DNA of 64,000 bases from the NCBI RefSeq assembly GCF_001194135.2, contig NC_068989.1, positions 88,325,639 to 88,389,638 on the forward strand, written 5' to 3'. Under the pieces are notes generated by a model. The model saw nothing but the letters and a program-made list of their open reading frames with translations, had not been told where the DNA came from and made no database searches. Positions 59,179 through 64,000 of the stretch are shown here, one piece after another. The position numbers and the translations under genes are program-made. Source of the stretch: Octopus bimaculoides. Taxonomy: Eukaryota. The first letter of the stretch is position 1, and each line of letters starts with the position of its first letter.

Positions 59179-62100
59179 AAAAATAGAACAAACATAATAA
59201 AACATGTGGAAGAACACAAATTTGATAGAATCTGTTAAGTCAGCATGAACTCAATCAACATCAACAGGATCACCATGAATTTGACAAACAAAGCCAAATG
59301 AGTCGACATCAACTCAACTATTAAGGTAGCAAACCTAGTTATGATAGTATGCCTTCAATTCACTGAGTATGGGAATTAAATTGGAAAGGTAGGATGTCAA
59401 GCTTAACATGGCATAACATTTATTATAACAGATATAAGGTAATAAACTTTTTCAAATGTTTTTCACGTTACATCATTTTTCAAGATAAGTTGCATGTCTA
59501 GGAACCAAATGTAAGGCGAAATTTGACAAAATACTCATCTAATTACAATCTGAGAATGAAGAACAGTACCTTTAGCCTTTTCTATCAACCACAGATTGAG
59601 GTGGGAGATATGGACAATTGAGTAAAGGCTTATTTCCTCATCACCATCATCATTGTATTTAACGTTCACTTTCCATGCTGGCATGGGTTGGATGGTTTGA
59701 CTGAGGTCTGGGAAGCCAGGAGGCTGCACCAGGCTCCAATCTGATCTGGCAAAGTTTCTACAGCTGGATGCCCTTCCTAACACCAACCACTCTGAGAGTA
59801 TAGTGGGTGCTTTTACGTGCCACGAGGGCCAGTCAGGCGATACTGGCAATGACTACGCTCAAAAGGTGTTTTTTACGTGCCACCTGCATGGGAGCCAGTC
59901 TGGTGGCACTGGCAACGACCACGCTCGAATGTTGTTTATCATGGGCCACTGGCACTTATTTAATTAAATAATTGATTTCTGGATATTAATCAATGGATGA
60001 AGATTTTAACTCGGAACATAAATTAGTCGAGCATGCTTCCAATTCTGCCACATAAAATAGGTGTGGCTATGTGGTAAGAAGTCTGCTTCCCAACCACATG
60101 GTTCTGGGTTCAGTCCCACTGCATGGGAAGTTGGACAAGTGTCTTCTACTATAGCCTGTGGGCCGACGAAGGCCTTGTGAATGGATTTGGTAGATGGAAA
60201 ACTGAAAGAAGCCCTGTGTGTGTGCGTGAGTGTGTGTGTCCTCCACCATTATTTGACAACCAGTGTTGCTATGCTTACATCTCCATAACTTAGCAGTTCA
60301 GCAAAAGAGACTGATAGAATAAGTAGCAGGCTTAACAAAAAATAAGTCCTGGGATTGATTCATTCAACTAAAAATTCAGGGTGGTACTCCAGTATGGCCA
60401 CAAGTAAAAGATAAAAGATACCATATATGACATTGTATAAGACGCACATTTTTGTTTCTAAAAAAACATCTCAAAAAAAAAAAAAAAAAAAAAAAAAAAA
60501 GAAGCCACCCCAGACCCTAAAAGCACTGTTAAGTCAATGTTACATGCTAAAAACAATTTTGTCCCCTGAATATACACTGCTGAAATAAGGGTGTCTAATA
60601 TGTCAATGTGTCTTTTATGCCTTCAAATACGGTAATACTTTTAATTTATGGGTTCTCCCAGACAGCAGGGACATGTGATACCATGATATATGGATAATAA
60701 AAAAAGGTTTGAAATGTTGAGGATTAGAAGAGGGTGGTGAGGTGGACGTTAATAGCATGAAGTGGTTTTGATTCAAAATAAGTAGTTTTTGAAAAGAATA
60801 TATGGAATTACATGTGCAAAATGTATGAGATGTTTTGTTGTTAATAAGATAATAATTTTTGTTTTTAGGTCATTAACTTCTTTTACTAGCAAATATAAAA
60901 AAAGGTTTTCTGGTGTAGATGTTTATAAACATCACTCCTTAGCACTTCTAATCATTATTTTAGTGTGGCCAGGCATTGACTACAATGTCAATCAACCTGT
61001 TATAAATAGCAACCACAACTACCTCAATTTATACTCTACATCTGAAGAAACCAAGGGTACATTGAGTAATATAGTCCTAGATACACATCCTCATCATCAT
61101 TTAACGTCCATTTTCCATGCTGGTATGAACTGGATGGGTCAACAGGAGCTGCACCAGGTTCCATTGCCTGTTTTGGCATGGTTTCTACAGATTGATGCCC
61201 TTCCTAGTGCCAACCACTTTACAGAGTGTACTGGGTGCTTTTTATGTGGCAACAGCACCAATGCTTGGAATTGTTACAACCAGAACATTTTTAACCATAG
61301 GTCTGCTCACTCAGGTCTGATCTTGAGTTAAACAACAGCAACAAAAATGTTACATTTTTTCCTGTAACAAGCATTTCACATTTAAGAAAGCGTTAATATT
61401 TTCACAAGTTGTCAATGTGTGTATACACAGGTCAGGTATTCATTAAGGACTATTATATGCACAGAAAGAAAATCAAACAACCAGCGAATGCTTGTGTATA
61501 TATGCATATACACATACACATTGTATGTAAGTATGTATGTATGGGAATTATGTTGCAGCTAGCCCCAGCTGAAGTACAAATATTAGGAAGAAGAAGAAAA
61601 CAAAACCGAATCATAAGTAAAATGAGTTAGGAATGGAAAATGACAACATTTGCCACTGGGACAAACTTCCCAACTATTCTTCGTCTCTCAGAACTTTTAT
61701 TGTGTAGTAAAATGGAATGTAAATAACACATTATTGAAATAACAAGAATGATGGAAACACAGATGTTTTCACTGTGAAGTTATAATTACAGATTTGTAGA
61801 TGTGAACTTAGCACATGGATATTGAGCTACATGTTCACCAATGAGTATAGAGAGGAGCAATATGGATGTTTAGTAGTGAAAGCAGTGAATAAGACAGGAA
61901 TATTCTTCAGAGTTTCTACAGCTGGATGCCCTTCCTAATGCCAACCACTCCGAGAGTGTAGTGGGTGCTTTTACGTGCCACCGGCATGAAGGTCAGTCAG
62001 GCAGTACTAGCAACGGCCACACTCAAAATGGTATATTTTACATGCCACCTGCACAGGAGCCAGTCCAGCGGCACTGGCAACGATCTCGCTCGAATGTCTT

Positions 62101-62665
62101 TTCGCGTGCCACTGGCATGGAAGAAATTTTCTCACTCCTTACACAGTGGAGGCAAATGCCTCAGTTGTTAAGGTGTTGAACTCATAATCGTAAGATTGTG
62201 GTTTCAATCCCTGGACTGGGTGATGCCTCGTTTTTTTTGTTTTTTTTTTAGCAAAACACTTCCTTTTACATTGCTTCAGTCCACTCAGGTGGTAAACATG
62301 AGTAATCCAGCAACAGAATGGCTTCCTATCTAGGGAGGAATATATATATATACGCCAGAAACACTGAGAATCTGGCCCTATGCCCCTTACAGAGTAACGT
62401 GGACTAATCTACACAGATATGTTACTATGCAGAGTTTTAAACTGAACAACAACCCCTATCAGTTTCATGAAACTATGTCACCACTTCTAGTTAATAACAA
62501 TACTGAGTGAAATTGCTTGAAACAAAAGCAAATTCACAATCTATGAGCAGACAGCTAGGTCTTCTGATTTTCATTAGCCTAGTTTATCTGCTCCAATTTC
62601 TAAACCGGAGCCATGCAAAAACACACTGCCCAAGTCAATGAAATCATCATCATCATACATATGTA

Positions 62666-62708
<43 letters not shown>

Positions 62709-62918
62709 NNNNNNNNNNNNNNNNNNNNNNNNNNNNNNNNNNNNNNNNNNNNNNNNNNNNNNNNNNNNNNNNNNNNNNNNNNNNNNNNNNNNNNNNNNNN
62801 NNNNNNNNNNNNNNNNNNNNNNNNNNNNNNNNNNNNNNNNNNNNNNNNNNNNNNNNNNNNNNNNNNNNNNNNNNNNNNNNNNNNNNNNNNNNNNNNNNNN
62901 NNNNNNNNNNNNNNNNNN

Positions 62919-62950
<32 letters not shown>

Positions 62951-63444
62951 TATGTGGGCACAGGATGTCACAAAACGTGTACAACAAAAAAAATACAAAG
63001 TATGAGTACATGGAACATGAATTATTTTTTCGAACAACGAAAGGCACAAATGGAAAACAAGACAAACAACATAAAGAATGACCCTTTATCAAAACAGTTT
63101 GATTCAAATTTGTTGGTACTCTGAGTTTCAAGCGTGATGCTAATCTTCAGCCATTTTGAATTTGTTATTACCGTAAAGTGGGCTGCAATTGGTCAAGGAA
63201 GATTATGCGGTGTCAGAGTTTGATGCTGGTATATCAGCAACATCAGTTACTTAGAAAACACCAAATGGTGAACAGGAAATTGATTGTGTGATGGACAGGA
63301 AATCAGTTGCTTGAAACTCAAAGAACCAATGAATTTGAATTAAACTGTTTTGATCCATACATGTAACTCCCAATAAATGTGTTGGGTGCCCTTCTTTCAT
63401 TTGTCCACTCACTCGTACATTATGTGTATGTGTGTGTGTGGCCC

Positions 63445-63715
63445 TCTACCACAGACACATCAAGGCCCTAACACAAGTCCAACTTCATTACCCGATCTCC
63501 ATCTTGCATATCAGATGGCAGGATCACAGTTAGTGTGGAGGCCCTAATTACCTCATTGCAGCTGTGCTGTATGGGACATGTTTGCAGGATGGAGGGCAGC
63601 AATCTCCCAAAGGCAATTTTCTATGTTGAACAACATCAGGGCAGATGGAGCTGTGATGCCCTGAAGTTGCAGTACAGGGATGTGCTGAAGAGACATGAAA
63701 AAAAGTTAGGGGAGA
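63445..63715 (+). mobile_element. RTE-clade LINE ORF2 fragment
   Basis: RHIKALTQVQ...ILHIRWQDH...VEALITSLQLCCMGHVCRMEGSNLPKAIFYVEQHQGR...LQYRDVLKRH resembles the RTE post-RT region SIEAML...QLRWAGHVxRMxxxRLPKxxFYGEL. Confidence 0.8.
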
Positions 63716-64000
63716 CAACTTCGACAGCAAATCAAAGCAAGGAGTCCTACAGGCGGTCCAGTGTCCTCTCTTCCAGCAACTCCAGAGCAAGTGGAACTTT
63801 CCAGCTCTGTAAGGCAGTTTACCTAGGAGAGGGCCACATCAATGTAAAACCTGTAGCTTGCTGGTCACCACAGCTACCTTAGTCCATTGAGCCACTACTA
63901 AAACTACTAAGTAGAGGTAGAAAGGAAAGCCCTGCAACATCAAGGATTTGATTACAGAGTCACTGAAGAGCAGTATGCCACTCTTCCTCATGATCTTCAA

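Noticed and set aside
61500-61569. Good minus-strand acceptor (tttgtacttcag at about 61570)
   Set aside because: No convincing donor downstream; runs into a CATA repeat.

Overview
Eukaryotic, AT-rich, repeat-saturated draft-assembly DNA with 12 N-gaps. The SINE repertoire and microsatellite load suggest an octopus genome (inference from recalled repeat families, not a database hit). Nothing prokaryotic is present (no operons, rRNA or CRISPR), and almost all listed ORFs are microsatellite or gap artefacts. The one confidently recognised gene element is a minus-strand exon at 14676-14752 encoding (A)FSMDNLQSLDPRKQELLEARFLGSR, the conserved N-terminal motif of Tousled-like kinase (TLK). Most of the window is therefore probably TLK 5' intronic sequence. 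Reading the minus strand gave four candidate upstream exons: 56483-56570 (UTR with two uORFs), 39068-39140 (in-frame ATG, phase 1), a first exon ending at 31280 beside a CpG-rich ETS-motif island, and 28013-28088 (phase 1, hydrophobic N-terminus). Together they suggest alternative promoters and N-termini. The rest is about six tRNA-type SINE families, RTE and R4/Dong-like LINE remnants, a decayed Tc1, a Helentron-type HINE, hAT- and piggyBac-type MITEs, quasi-palindromic minisatellites and two clean hairpins. The most unusual structures are a 470-bp TTAA-flanked MITE dimer sitting in opposite orientations at the same site of one host MITE family, and inverted SINE pairs that bracket a candidate start-codon exon. 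SINE family letters A-F are my own labels. Repeat boundaries are approximate unless TSDs are given; identities are estimates by eye.
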